From the NCBI GenBank assembly GCA_002633005.1, contig NMRA01000176.1, positions 628,175 to 692,174 of the forward strand: a stretch of 64,000 bases of DNA. The letters are read 5' to 3'. Shown piece by piece: positions 11,276-23,491 of this stretch. The notes beneath the pieces were generated by a model, which was not told where the DNA came from, ran no database searches, and saw only the letters and a program-made list of their open reading frames with translations. Positions within the stretch are counted from its first letter, which is position 1. The number at the start of each line of letters is the position of its first letter. The position numbers and the translations under genes were made by a program. The stretch comes from Phoronis australis (lineage: Eukaryota; Animalia; Phoronida).

Positions 11276-14200
11276 GGAACTCAAAGTTTGGAATTTTCTC
11301 TATTTGTGTGAACTCAAGATAAGTGTATTATTATTCTATGCTCGAGTACATAATGACTTACGTGGATAATTTTAAGTCCTAGTTTGCATTTAATAAACCC
11401 AACCTTAGCTTTATCCAGGATTTCAAAAATAGGATGTCCAAAATAGAATTCCCAATTTCCCAATATTCCAGGGTGTCCATGATTCCAAAAAGACGCGTTT
11501 ACCCCCACCACCANNNNNNNNNCCACCATTCACCAGTAACCCCCCCCCCCTTACACAATGAAGTTTTTTTGCAAAAAAATGCGTAGAACAAGACTTTTAC
11601 ATCTAAATTTACAAAAACAGCTCCCGTGTAGTGAGCTTTTTTACTAAAAACCTGTGTGGATCAAGACTTTTATGTCTTAATTTACGAAAACAGCCAATTA
11701 GCTTATCAAACAAGTATTACAGATATTACAGATATTGGTTGAACGATGAGTGTACTGTTTTTGGTGGTCTCAAGTCAAATTGCTGCTATAAAGTTTATCA
11801 TATCATATCATCTTAAAACTAGCTTTCTATTCTGCACAATGAGCCATCAAGCTGCAGTTACCAACACAAGAAAATGCACAGATGATGTGTGGTTTACATT
11901 TTGGCAACAGGTGTCACTGCTGCTCCATAGAGACGCACATAGAAAAGCCATACCTCAGTTCAAAAGCATGAGACGGCATAAACCCAAACATTTTAAATGG
12001 GGATATTATTGTGGCACAAAATATTATTAAAATGACATTTATTTCGCTTTTTATGTATTTAAAAAAGATGAAAAACTACAGCTCTGAAACACCAGTTTGA
12101 AGTTAACCAAGGTCGGGTACTTGTATAAAGTACTGAATTGCTGTTAGATATAAGACCACTGAAAGTAGAGACTATGACACTGGTATACACTCTAGAAACC
12201 AAACACGTGCTAATGATTGACAGGGTCTGCTAAATACTTTGAAAGTAGTTCGAACTTGCAGCGTTTTATATAGATTTCTTTCTGAGTTGAAAGGGCCAAC
12301 TTCTCTCTTGATCAATCACCTGCCTTTAATGTGGATGTCCTAACTGGAGAAATTCTGCTTGACAGTGCTCTTCGCAGCCTGTTTTGAATTCAGAAGCTAG
12401 GATTCGTCAAAGTTACGCTATGCGATGTATCTGTAGCCTATGACAGACTTTCTACAAAACTGTGGCGCATTGCTATCAAACTTCGCTGTTAAATTATGCT
12501 GAAATCCCATGGTGAAAACTCGCCGATGCGCCGCTGCCTTGCGATCATTGACAGGGCAGCTTGATTAAAAATATAGTTTCGACTCAACAAATTACCTGAA
12601 ATCCTCAATTAAGTTTTCCAAATAGTGTCCCTAAGATTTTAAGTTCCTGTGGAGTCGGTATTATGAACAAGATTGTTCAAATCTGCGCAAGATCGTACCC
12701 AGCAACATAAGAAAAACCTCTTGATGAACACGCGTCATAATCACGTGACCTTTGTTTTGAAGATCGTCTGTGTGCGTGTGTGTGAGCGAGTGCGTGCGTG
12801 TCATCAGCGTTTATTTGCCGGATTAAACACAATGCAACGATAAGATGTGCATTGTAACTAAAGAAATAACACAAGCAGTATCACGTGAACGCATTTTATT
12901 TAGCACTTGCTGATCACACGTACCATTAAAACGTGCGAGAATTCTCTCGGTGGGGCCTAAGGCCAGTTGTCATTGAGTCGCAGGGTGACTGGATGTGTGA
13001 CAGTTTGAGTTATTATCCAGGATATTTGGGGGCGGAGGTGGCCACTATGAGTGGGGCATTTTATCAGGTATTTTACTTTAAAAACGCCTAAAAAGTGATT
13101 AATAAAGCAATCCCTCTTAAAAATAACGCAACAGTTTTTATGGCTTTAGAAACTCTCTGACATTAGTACCAATATTTATTTCTTGCTACCCGTAGTTTCA
13201 TGGATGTTGCGCGCGCTTCCTGGTTACGTAGTTTTAACAACAAATTTATTCGTGAGATAGTCGTGAGTATGATTTGCAGTATTCACGTGTAGGGCCTACA
13301 AAGTGTCAAAACGTAGGTCACACCTGACCGGTTCAGTGTACATTTTTGAAACATATAATTAGTACTTCCAGTGGAGATGTTGAGGCTATAGACTAGAAAA
13401 AGGACTGTGTTGACCATTGATAAATGAACTCTAGAAATTTGCGTCGAGTTTGGAATTGGTATTGTGGAAAACACTGGTTACATTGGGCCTCCTTGCCAGG
13501 GCCTCCAGATTAGTGCGTCCAAATGGATGCCCAGGATGTACGCTGCATGAAGGCCTGAACCCAATATTATGTGCCGGTACAGAATTATGCGATGAGTTAG
13601 GGATGGACAGCAATTGCTGGTTTATCCCGGAAGGTTACGAATAAGTGTGGAGTTATTGATGTTGTGACCATCCATGACAAATCGGTAATTTCCGTTTGAC
13701 ACATTGACAGTATGCAGTGACTTTTTGGAAAGATTTTTGTGCTTTGGCCGTGAATTTGTTTCGAACTCGCTGGAGCAAGATACTGTAAATGCTATCAGAA
13801 GTTGCTCATGTTTTTTGAACCCCTGTAAATTTATTAAGTTTTGTGTTTGATATGAACGGCTGAAGTGAAACACCTGTGGAATTCCTAGTCTCGAGTATCA
13901 TAACTTGTAGAATATATATTGTATTAGATTGGAGACGATCAGAAGCTGAGGACACCTGTGGTTTGAACTCGAAGTTACGACTTTTTACTCGAGTTTCTAG
14001 CAAGAATATCAAGGTCGTCAAGTGCAAATTTGGACTAGAAACTCGTGTAAACTGTAATGTATTCGAGCACAGTCTAGTAACCGTCTTGAGTTCGCACAAA
14101 AGTAGCAGAGAAATTTCCAAAAACACACAATACTTGTTGGCGGTTATCCCATGAAATAAGGCAAGTTCCCCGACAAGGTTCTCAGTTCCCATTACCAGCG

Positions 14201-14607
14201 ATCCCGATAAAACTGGCAAACGTGCTAATCATTTCAATAATAGACAATTGTTCGTTATCGAGTGGCTAACAGAGAGTTGCATGACTCACTGGAAGAGGCG
14301 AGACAGTCGCTAGACAGCAAGCTGGCATTATCCGCCCCTCCTGCTGAAGGCGTTCTATAAACATGAGACATACATACATGAGACAGTTGAGGCTTGAGAA
14401 TTATTTTTGACTTTTATAGAAATAACATAATTGATTCATTTGTAAGCTAGTTACTTAAACTTTTCATCCTTATCAAAGTGTCATTTCAATGTCAGCCATT
14501 TTGCTAGTATACGAGAGTAAGATGTTAAGGTTGAGTCAACTTGCATGTGAAACACTTGCTTTACGACTGTAATTTTGCATGGTCTATTGAAAAAATTGTG
14601 TTTCCAG

Positions 14608-17600
14608 GCAAGCTGTTTACAGTTGCCTGGGGTCAGGTCAGGCATAAATCCAAAATCAACATCCAAAGGCCCAAGCCAGGTCCTTGGGATAGACGAGTTC
14701 TGTTAGAAATCTCACGACCGATTTTGTGGGAGGAGGTCACCCCACCCGCAGCAACTTGTTCTAAGAGGAAGGCGATTAAAGAGTCACAGGAGGTAATGTT
14801 TTCATGTTCCAACCACATTGTGGTTATTTTGTTGCTTAAATGATCTCTCCAAAATGTCACTTTGGCAGTCTTTGATGGGTAGGAAAGGGCTGACGGCATA
14901 AGCAAAAAGTACTAGTGGAATGTTGAAAATGACAGAAAATGACCTTTGATGGAGGTCACGTTAAGATTTGATCTGGAAATGGGCAAAAGTGCCATCAGGA
15001 AAAAGCGTTGTATTTGAACACAGCATTAAACTGTTTGAAAAGCTTGCTGTGTTATGTCGCAGAATGTTTCTTGAAAATGAGCTATTCCCTAAACAAAGTA
15101 GAAAATGAAGAGAAATTGACTGTCTTTGAATGTGTTACTTTGGTAATATGTTATTAAAACAGGATGATAGAAAAGAGTATCATTTTGTGAAATTCAAAAC
15201 TATAACATTTTTTTTATTGCAACCAAAGTATCTTTTGAATGTGTTCATGACGTTCCATTTATATTCTTAGTCAGTGTACATCACTACCGACTGATTCACG
15301 TTTTCACTTGTTTCCTTTATACGGTGTTACTGAATTCTTCAAGACCTACATAACATGTCAAGTGGAACCACTCTGACAGACATACATACACTGTTTCTTT
15401 TACTCGCTGATGAATCCGATTATTTTTCCGCAGGAATCCGATTTTGAAAAGTTTCTCGTGCACCATGCCAAAAAGATGTTTGAGGAGAACGAAATGATTG
15501 CCATAATGCACTTACCGTCAATCACAGCTCAGGAGCTCCGCGGAATTCGTAACAAGTTTTATAAGGAAGGCATTTGGGTGTTTCGCCACGCCAATTCTAT
15601 TGTCAGGTAACAATATTTTGAAAGCACACGCAGGGTAAAGTCTCACAAATTTCCGATAAAAACGATTGCCATAATTGGTATTTTTTCATTTTTCAAAAGC
15701 TTATAACATTGTCGTGAATTCTCACTGTTTCTCAGACTCTTTATCAGATGGTACTTATGGTACAGATCTTCAGATGTGATGTCGCATTTATTTGGTATTG
15801 CTACATAACAAAATGAGAAAGATAGGTTTCACTTGTTGGCCATATCATGTCCTAAATTGGTGAGGTTTTACTGTATATATGATACACAGATAATCAACAC
15901 ATCAGATCAGTTATTAGGGCTGGCTACAGTTCATGGAAATATAGTAGGCCACTGAGCTTAGTGAGCTATAAGGAGCACCAATCTCTCACAGAAATCCTGT
16001 GGGGTATTGGAAATGTTTAGACTTCAAGGCACATCCTGAATAGAAATTTTAAAGCCACATGCAACGTCACTGTTGTTTTGGTCCCTATTTTGGACTGGAT
16101 TCCTATTATTTAGATTTTAAACTTTGTGATTCCGCCTTGACCTAATAAACACTGCATGGGACTTTACATTCCCGACTTGAAATGATTACAAGTCACGTGA
16201 CACAACTGGAGGTGTGAGAGTGGCTTGTAATATTTCTTTGAATACCGTAAGTGTAGTGTATTTTGTAATAATGGGCTGTTTAAGGGCACCAAATTGAGTT
16301 ACTGTCTTGAGCTAATGATGAATTAGCCATACACTCAGCATTGTGCAGATAAGCCAAAAGACTAGGCCAAAACATGTCGGGTACTTTTTGTGAAAGCAGG
16401 GACACAGTGTTGATTGTTTGCATGCCTCTGATGATGTCATGCTTAGTGGTGTTGTGTGGATCTTGTACGCCTTCGGCCGAGTGACATTATTAGCAACTAG
16501 ATGACGAGTTTTTCTATGTCCACCAATATATTCTGATAGTTTTGTCAGTAATTTCAACGGAAAGGAACTTCAATCTGTTTTTTACACTTTTTTCTTTGTG
16601 CAATATGTAGTTGGTGGTTCAAGTTACTTAGTGCTGTGTGAGTGCTCTTTTTCTTTAACAATGTGCCTTCAGTTTTGTAAAAATGCCACTACATTATGTC
16701 GCCATGACAACTGGTAATCGGTGACAGCTATTCTCCAGTTTTTGACATGTTCAAGTTGTCTTGGCAACCAAGTGACAGTTTGTTACAGCTTACTTGCGTA
16801 AATAATTGTTTTGCTTATAATTGTAAGCTTCAGTTTGGTAGATGCGTGTCTTTAACAGGAAGGCGATCAGAGACACCAAATGGGCAAACCTGACACCAGT
16901 GTTGCTGTCACACAACTACTATGCTTATGCAAGTGAAAATAAAGTGGCAGAGCTCATGAAAGTCATCAAAAAGTCTCCTCAGCTGAACTTATTGTGTAAG
17001 TCAGATCATCACTTTGAGAAAATGAACATTTTAAAATTTTTGCCGCTAATGATCGTTGTTGAATTTGTACTCACAGAGGCAGGCTCACATTGACACAAGG
17101 GCCAATATCTAATCTTTCTATTAGAATTCGAACTGAAAACTATTTTGGCATTTTCTACTTTAGTTTGTGGAAACTCAAGATGAATGTGTTATATTCTGTG
17201 CTTGAGCACATTATGTTTTATGCAAGTGACGGTTTAGTTTTAAATTAACTTTGCATTTGATGACTTCTAGATTCGAACTATAGCCTCAAGTAAAAACTCT
17301 TAATTTCGAGTTCAGACTCTGTAACTTTTGACCTCATTGATGGAGTCATTATGTGCAAAGTAAGATTAGAAAGTTATCTGCTCAAGCACAGTATAACAGG
17401 CACTCTTATTGAACTCACACAAAGTAGAATAGAAAATTTCATAAATAATCTTGAGTTCCATCTTGAGTGAAAAGATTAGACCCCAGACCCAAAAGTTAAG
17501 CTCAGCTGATCAAGAAGCTTTGCCAACAATAATAGAGTTGCTAGCTGTAAGACTGTGAAGCCTCCCTCTCAGTGCTGTGTTGTAAAGGTGTATTTGGAAG

Positions 17601-18869
17601 TGTGTTAGCTCTTGTTATTGTCGGGGTATGGGCTTTCTTTTAATGGTGTTATGGGCATAAGTCAGGCATGCAGAAGCTGGATTTTCACTTAACTCGCACA
17701 AAGTGTCGTGGTACGGTTGTTGTGGCTCATGCATTCAACCCTTAAGATAAGTTGGATTTCGTCTTACTCAAATAAAACCTTTTGGTCCGGTTGTATTACG
17801 ATTTAGTGCGATTTTTTTCGTACTATTTATCTTATCCTTTTTTGTCTTTACCTGTAAAGGATGCGTTTTGTCTGTAATACAAGTTTTAATGGATGTCTCT
17901 ATTTTAAATAGTTCTTGTCACCAAATTACTTAAATCTTATTTTGCCATACTTCTTAAATGATTTGTATTGTATATTGAAGCTTCAAAATACTCATTTTGT
18001 ACAATTTTCAATGTAAAAAATTAATTTGTTTCAAGAACAAAAGAGGTCTCAGTTTGTTCCTTTCCATGCTAAAAATGATTTCTGGGCACGAGAGTACTCA
18101 CTGTATGCTATTGCTTCTGCCTGACCTCGGCAAGAATCCATTGACTTGCAATAGCCGTCATGTTTTTCTCATGAATGCAATACGGCTACTTGGTGGTTTA
18201 TGAATAGCTAGACTCATAGACATCTTAATACTATGGCCAGACTCCTGCCGAAATAAGATGTGAAGGAAGTGCTTCATAACCATTTGAATCTTGTGACTAG
18301 TATACATGACTATGGTTGGGGTAACAGTGCCATCTACCTGCTTTCTGTCAAACAGTAATTTTTGATTTAGACAAGTTATAGTTATGGAAAGTGACGTTTG
18401 CCTGGAAAGACTGTTTTGCTCGAGTTCCACCGCAATATTACCTTGACCTGACCCCGAAGGTCACTCTATGTGCTGAGTCTGCCCTCAAACAATAAGGAAC
18501 TAGTTTGTGCTGCCAAGTCCAAAAATAACGTCTAATCCTAGTAACAATCAAGTTGAGTCATATTTTATCATCATCAATCATGTTGTAAGTTTAGGTCAAG
18601 TTTGTCTACACACGGTGAGGAATATCAGCTTTAAACACTGGAAGTCGACGTGCATCCCTTTTATTTCAGGTGCTGTTGTTGACAATGCAATATTAAGCAA
18701 GGCTGACATGGAGAAGTACGCGTCTAGTAGCCTCGATCTGCAAAGAAGTCAACTGGTGGCGCTACTGAGTTCAGGGGCCACTAGAACTCACAGTCTGTTG
18801 AACAGTCACCAACAAAAACTGTCAACGAATCTAACACAGTATATTAAACAACAAACTGAAGGATCATAG
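14608..18869 (+). CDS. MRPL10: 39S mitochondrial ribosomal protein L10 (uL10m), exons 14608-14792, 15434-15606, 16859-16995, 18670-18869; start exon upstream unresolved
   Basis: All introns GT-AG with matching phases (0,2,1). Spliced peptide ..GQVRHKSKINIQRPKPGPWDRRVLLEISRP..IAIMHLPSITAQELRGIRNKFYKEG..LMKVIKKSPQLNLLCAVVDNAILSKADMEKYASSSLDLQRSQLVALL..HQQKL matches the invertebrate mRpL10 pattern (KINIQ+P, GGIVE/D-LS). ATTAAA at 19061. Confidence 0.9.
17100..17485. mobile_element. Palindromic MITE in MRPL10 intron; related fragments at ~11280-11400 and ~13880-14130
   Basis: TCTAATCTTTC..ATTTTCTACTTT at the left end versus AAAGTAGAATAG..GAAAAGATTAGA at the right; CTGTGCTTGAGCA versus TGCTCAAGCACAG internally. 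Confidence 0.6.
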
Positions 18870-18900
18870 TAGTAGTGGTGGAGTGTCTTGTTGAGAGGTC

Positions 18901-18990
18901 AGTAGGTGGCGCTGCTCTGTTCAGGGGCCAGTAGAAGAAAGGGCTTGCTGAATAGTTACGCAAAAACTGTCAAGGAGTCTAACACTGACA
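18901..18990 (+). repeat. Degenerate tandem duplicate of the last ~100 coding nt of MRPL10 in its 3' UTR
   Basis: GGTGGCGCTGCTCTGTTCAGGGGCCAGTAGAA..CAAAAACTGTCAAGGAGTCTAACAC versus GGTGGCGCTACTGAGTTCAGGGGCCACTAGAA..CAAAAACTGTCAACGAATCTAACAC 150 nt upstream. Confidence 0.8.
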
Positions 18991-19394
18991 GCATATGAAA
19001 TGAGACTGGCATGCCGTTGTAGCATGGAAAGGAAATGGATTGTGTCTGAAATCACCATTTATTAAATTATTTTGTAAGGTCTAATGATATTATCATCATT
19101 TTTCATCCTTCCTTGATTGAGTTCAACTTTTCAAACTGAGAAAATCAAAGATATTTTGATTTATAGGCAGTAATTTATCAGCTGCTCAGACCTGAGCAAG
19201 ACCTGTAAATGTTTTTCTTATTGGCCCATGCTTCTCTCAGAGGCAAATTTTTTGCAGTGTTCCATATTTGTTAAAGGCTCTGTGGAAATGGAATACATGT
19301 ATGTACTGAGCTGCAATTTGGTAGAAAAAATGTACATGGAGGTGCCCACATGGACGACCATCAGCAGCAAATGAAGAAACGCACACAGGAATCG

Positions 19395-19705
19395 GCACCT
19401 GCTATCTCCGTCGGCTAGGCCTGTCCCGCTTACGCGGCTTACGAGTAGCGGCACGCGCTGCATCGGGCAGCTTGGCCTGACCCGCCAACGTGGCTTTTGG
19501 GAAGCGGCGCGCGCTGCCTCAGGCACTTTGGCCTGTCTTGCCTACCAGGCACACGGGAATCGGCTTACAGGAAAATGCAGGTGCTGTCCCCCGCAGTTTG
19601 GCCTGTCCCGCCTACGTGGCTTAGGGGAAGCCGCAAGCGCTTTCTATGGCAGCTTGGCGTAGCCCCTCTTCGGTATCCGTCGGCGCTGTCTTCGGCAGCT
19701 TGACT
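19395..19705. repeat. GC-rich degenerate 56-bp tandem repeat, ~5 copies
   Basis: GGCCTG(T/A)C anchors at 19418, 19474, 19530, 19600 and GGCGT at 19656 (spacing 56, 56, 70, 56). Confidence 0.75.
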
Positions 19706-20149
19706 GAGGCGCGCCTCAGGCCGTCGGCTCCCACTCACTTGGTTGAGGTTCGACTCTTTGATGGTTTTGAATGGAACTGCTGTGACCGAACTTCGTCATT
19801 ACTCACCAATCGATCAAACCCAACCGACAAAGGACACTTGTGTAGGCTTACTGCCCTCCCGACGCTTGCTGATTCGAAATTTTGACCGCAGCAAAACAAA
19901 ATAGCTTCTCGCCTTCACAGAACATTATGCTACGTGACTGAGTTTTAGGACACATCCATGGGTGTCCGCGCAATAAAATAGTTCGCTATTGAGCACAGTA
20001 ACATTGAAACAGAGCCGCCGAACGCATGGCTGTATGTCAAAATTGTATTCTGTAGAGTTAAAATGATAAAGAGGTTATCAACACGAATAAAAGTTTATTG
20101 TTTTATGAATCAGGTAACAAAACATTCACAATACAAGGCTGTACATTAA

Positions 20150-21825
20150 AGGAGAATGCCACCCAAAAACAACCTATTTTGTATCAATTTAGATCGAGTA
20201 GTTGTACTGGATAACAGCAAGTTCAGTTGTTTTACCTGACACCTGACGGCAGACGGAGGTGTTGAAATTAACCAGTGACGGAATGGGTTCGAATGCAGTC
20301 TGTTCAGCCGTTCGCAACACGATTACTGGTGTCAACTTGTCGCTTGAATTCATCGTTTCACACCAATGAATCATCAAAATTGGATGTAAAACCCTTACAA
20401 ATACATCGAGTTCTTGAACAAACGTGTTTTATTTCACTGTTACGGATTTACAGGTATTTGAACGAGCCGTAGCCCAACAGAGTTCGGTAGGCCAATTTAC
20501 CATGGTCGATCGCGGGAGTTTGGGTCTGTTTGGTGATAAATTCGAATCATTCTTACGTGAAATACAGATAGGAGAACATGGCTGTGCGTTGTAATTTTAG
20601 ATTTGCGATTTTTTTCAGTTCTAAACACACAAAACGCTTGTTCTCCCAGCCAGTGGCTCGGAACCTGATCAGGCCCGTCGCGGCCGCTGGCGGGATTAGA
20701 CATCTCACGAACATAAACCAGCTTAAGTTGTAAACTAAACCTCTAGTCACGAAAAGACTATAGTGAGCCAAAGAAATAATGTACATGTAATTATTTTGGT
20801 GAATTAGCCACGAAACTGAAAATCTACATTCTTGTCGGAGGCCGCAAAGTCAATGAGGTTCCCGGCCTTCCGCAGAACCGTCAGGGCAAAAGTTGTACAG
20901 TAACAATGACTTGAAAAATGTATATCTCAATAAACATTCCCCAAACATGTGACCATAGCATATAAGATCGAGTTATTGTTTCACAACAGCTTTCTGTCAG
21001 CAAACACTGAGTTAGCATGCGCTCACACGGCCTTTGTGCCCCCGGCGGTCAATTATCTTTATTGCATCTAAATCCCGGCGGTAACGCAGTGGTTTATTTA
21101 TTGCTGGCTTCTCAAAACATTTGCACTTACGAATACTCCAAAGGCATTACAAATTGTATCTAAGGAGAAAGACTTTGTTTCAGTTTTATAATTATAAGCA
21201 TTGGTTAGGGTGATAATAATTCATTTCAACGCAGAATAATGAACGTCAACATGGCAACTCGCATTCCCGACTTAGACGAGAGCTCATCCGACGAAGATTT
21301 TACAGGTGGATCGTTAGGTTTCACGGGCTATCAGTTCTAACTGCAATACACTGATCAAGAAATACTAGAGAGCTCCGTGAACATGCACAGGCAACGGAAC
21401 GTATGGATGGTTCTTTGGTAAGCCGGCATTCGTCAGAGAAATCACTGTCGACGAAATGTATGTCACACACGGAGATGTTTCACGGCCTCATACTTGTTAT
21501 TAACTGCGTACTTTTCATTCTTCACTACCGAGAGCCACTTCCTAAACAATTCGGGTTCTCGACCGAAGAAGTCTAAAAAACGATACACCCGCTCTCCTCG
21601 CAGCTCCATAGTTCGGGCAAGCCGGGTAACGATGCACCGCAACGTATAGCGGCGTTCACTCTGCAGATGAACCACTGATGTCGCTGCGTCGTTACTCACA
21701 TTCTCTACATGTATAGGTTAACGCGACACCTCTCGGCAAAGTAAGGTCGACCGTGTGCGAGGCGATTTGGATATAGAACGATTAAGACGATAAAAAGGAC
21801 TTATTAAATCGGGTGGCATTCTACT
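20150..21825. mobile_element. Non-autonomous/decayed Kolobok-type DNA transposon
   Basis: TTAA|AGGAGAATGCCACCC ... GGGTGGCATTCTACT|TTAA (15-bp TIR, 1 mismatch, TTAA TSD); internal minus-strand THAP remnant (..FRKWLSVVKNEK..HLRV/CDIHFVDSDF). Confidence 0.85.
21430..21699 (-). pseudogene. Frameshifted THAP zinc-finger remnant
   Basis: RCIV..VYRF..EPELFRKWLSVVK..YEAVKHLRV followed, after a frameshift, by VCDIHFVDSDF; parallels the intact THAP at 40514 (YKAVENYRVCAKHFLPSDY). Confidence 0.7.
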
Positions 21826-22012
21826 TTAATCTTTAAGGAAATCCGAAGTAAAATGTTTTTCATGTTTGCTTTTTACTTGAATATTTCGTTTAATTCTTGG
21901 TCAAAAAAATTCCGTTCAAAAACCATAAATCTTTATTTTTATGAAAATTCTGTTACGGCTTTGTCCAAACTGAAATTTGTATGAAAACCAAGAAACGCGA
22001 TGGCAGGAAATC

Positions 22013-22656
22013 CTATGGAACGCCACTAGCGTCACCTTGTGACGGGTCTTTCTGACAAGTGACGAGTCATTTTTGACACGCTGACGCGTCAATGATGCTG
22101 TCGAACTCGTGTGGGTGTTCTTAAAAGAACCAAACAGTGTTAAGGTTATACAGTGTGTTCACTAAAGCAATGAGGTCGTCATGTTTTGAGGTGAATGACA
22201 AGTACAAAGGCTGTTAATCATATATCGACTTACAGTGTAAGTGTTTCAAGAGACAAATACAGAAGTTACAGAACACGGAAGTGTCCCGTAAGTGTGCTTC
22301 AAGAAATTTGTACGATCAACAGGTACTAATAACGATGATGGGTACGGCGACGACAATTTGTTTTGATGGTGCATTCCAGGAATTCCGTTCACCAAACACG
22401 AGCACGACCTACATGTAAATAAATGACATTAACATCACGATTAATATCAACAGCAAGCGCGTGGCTAGTGCAAAAGAGTTCAGCCAACATGGCACTCAGA
22501 AGCGCGACATTTACAATGTATTATTGGTCCCACATGTATGGGTCGATAACTTGACACACTTGGGAAGTACGTTTCGAGTCAACTCTGACGCGCTTCGATG
22601 ATTCGTAACGTGTCAGAAAAGACCCGTCAGAGGGTGACGCTAGGGGCGTTCCATAG
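22013..22656. mobile_element. MITE with long (~60-75 bp) imperfect TIRs
   Basis: CTATGGAACGCCACTAGCGTCACC..GACGGGTCTTTCTGACA versus TGTCAGAAAAGACCCGTC..GGTGACGCTAGGGGCGTTCCATAG. Confidence 0.75.
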
Positions 22657-23271
22657 AATCCGTAGGCAACGCGATAAGTAGATAAAGATCTTTGCCTCAG
22701 GCTAAAGATGTGTAATTGCGGTCATTGGACTTGTTAATTGATGTGCATAAAACCTCCCAAATGGATAAAGTTGAGCGGACGGTTTTCTCAGACCTTGTTC
22801 ATCATGGTACGTCATTTGCCAGCATCTGGACCAAAGAGCTTATGAAAGTCACTGATGGAACACAAAACCGCTTTCAAAACAGTCAACTTTGGCACCTAGC
22901 CCAGTGACGTGGGTCCTATCCAATTCACTGTAGGTGGTGGCTGAATTCCGTGCCAAATGGATTTTCATGTATAAAAAAATCACTGCAATAATTGTACCTG
23001 TGAAGACATTGGTTTTATTTCGTTTTTTACCCAGTTTCTAATTTTTTTTTCGAATAAATCCAATTGCCAAAATTGCCATTTGGTGTTTGATCAAAGCATT
23101 TTCCAGTTTGTGACAATTTAGACGATTTTCGAGATGAGACACCCAATACACTCGTTATCATTTTACCAACAAAAGATTGTTCTTTGTGGTACATATTGTA
23201 GTATTGTGTTGAAAACTATTTCGAAATTAATTTAATATGCAATACTTTTTAGTAGTGTGTGCGTAGATATG

Positions 23272-23491
23272 AGGCCCGTTCCAATAAAACTGACTTACAT
23301 GTACATGTAGCTAAGACAAAACTTAAGTCTGTTTCAAAAAAGATTTATTTTTTTTAAGTTTTTGGTACAAGCTTGCTCTAAATTTTGACTATCTTACCGG
23401 TTGTGGACGTTTCAAAGTTTGGAAGTAAAGACAAATCTAACACTTAAGTAAAAAATGAACTTACAGTAAGTCAGTTTCTTGGAACAGGCCC
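23272..23491. mobile_element. Short MITE, PIF/Harbinger (Tourist)-like termini
   Basis: GGCCCGTTCCAATAAAACTGACTTAC ... GTAAGTCAGTTTCTTGGAACAGGCC inverted termini; TSD unclear. Confidence 0.65.

Noticed and set aside
13047-13067. MSGAFYQ as MRPL10 first exon
   Set aside because: Phase-0 donor is incompatible with the phase-1 acceptor at 14608 unless a weak AAG acceptor 5 nt downstream is used.
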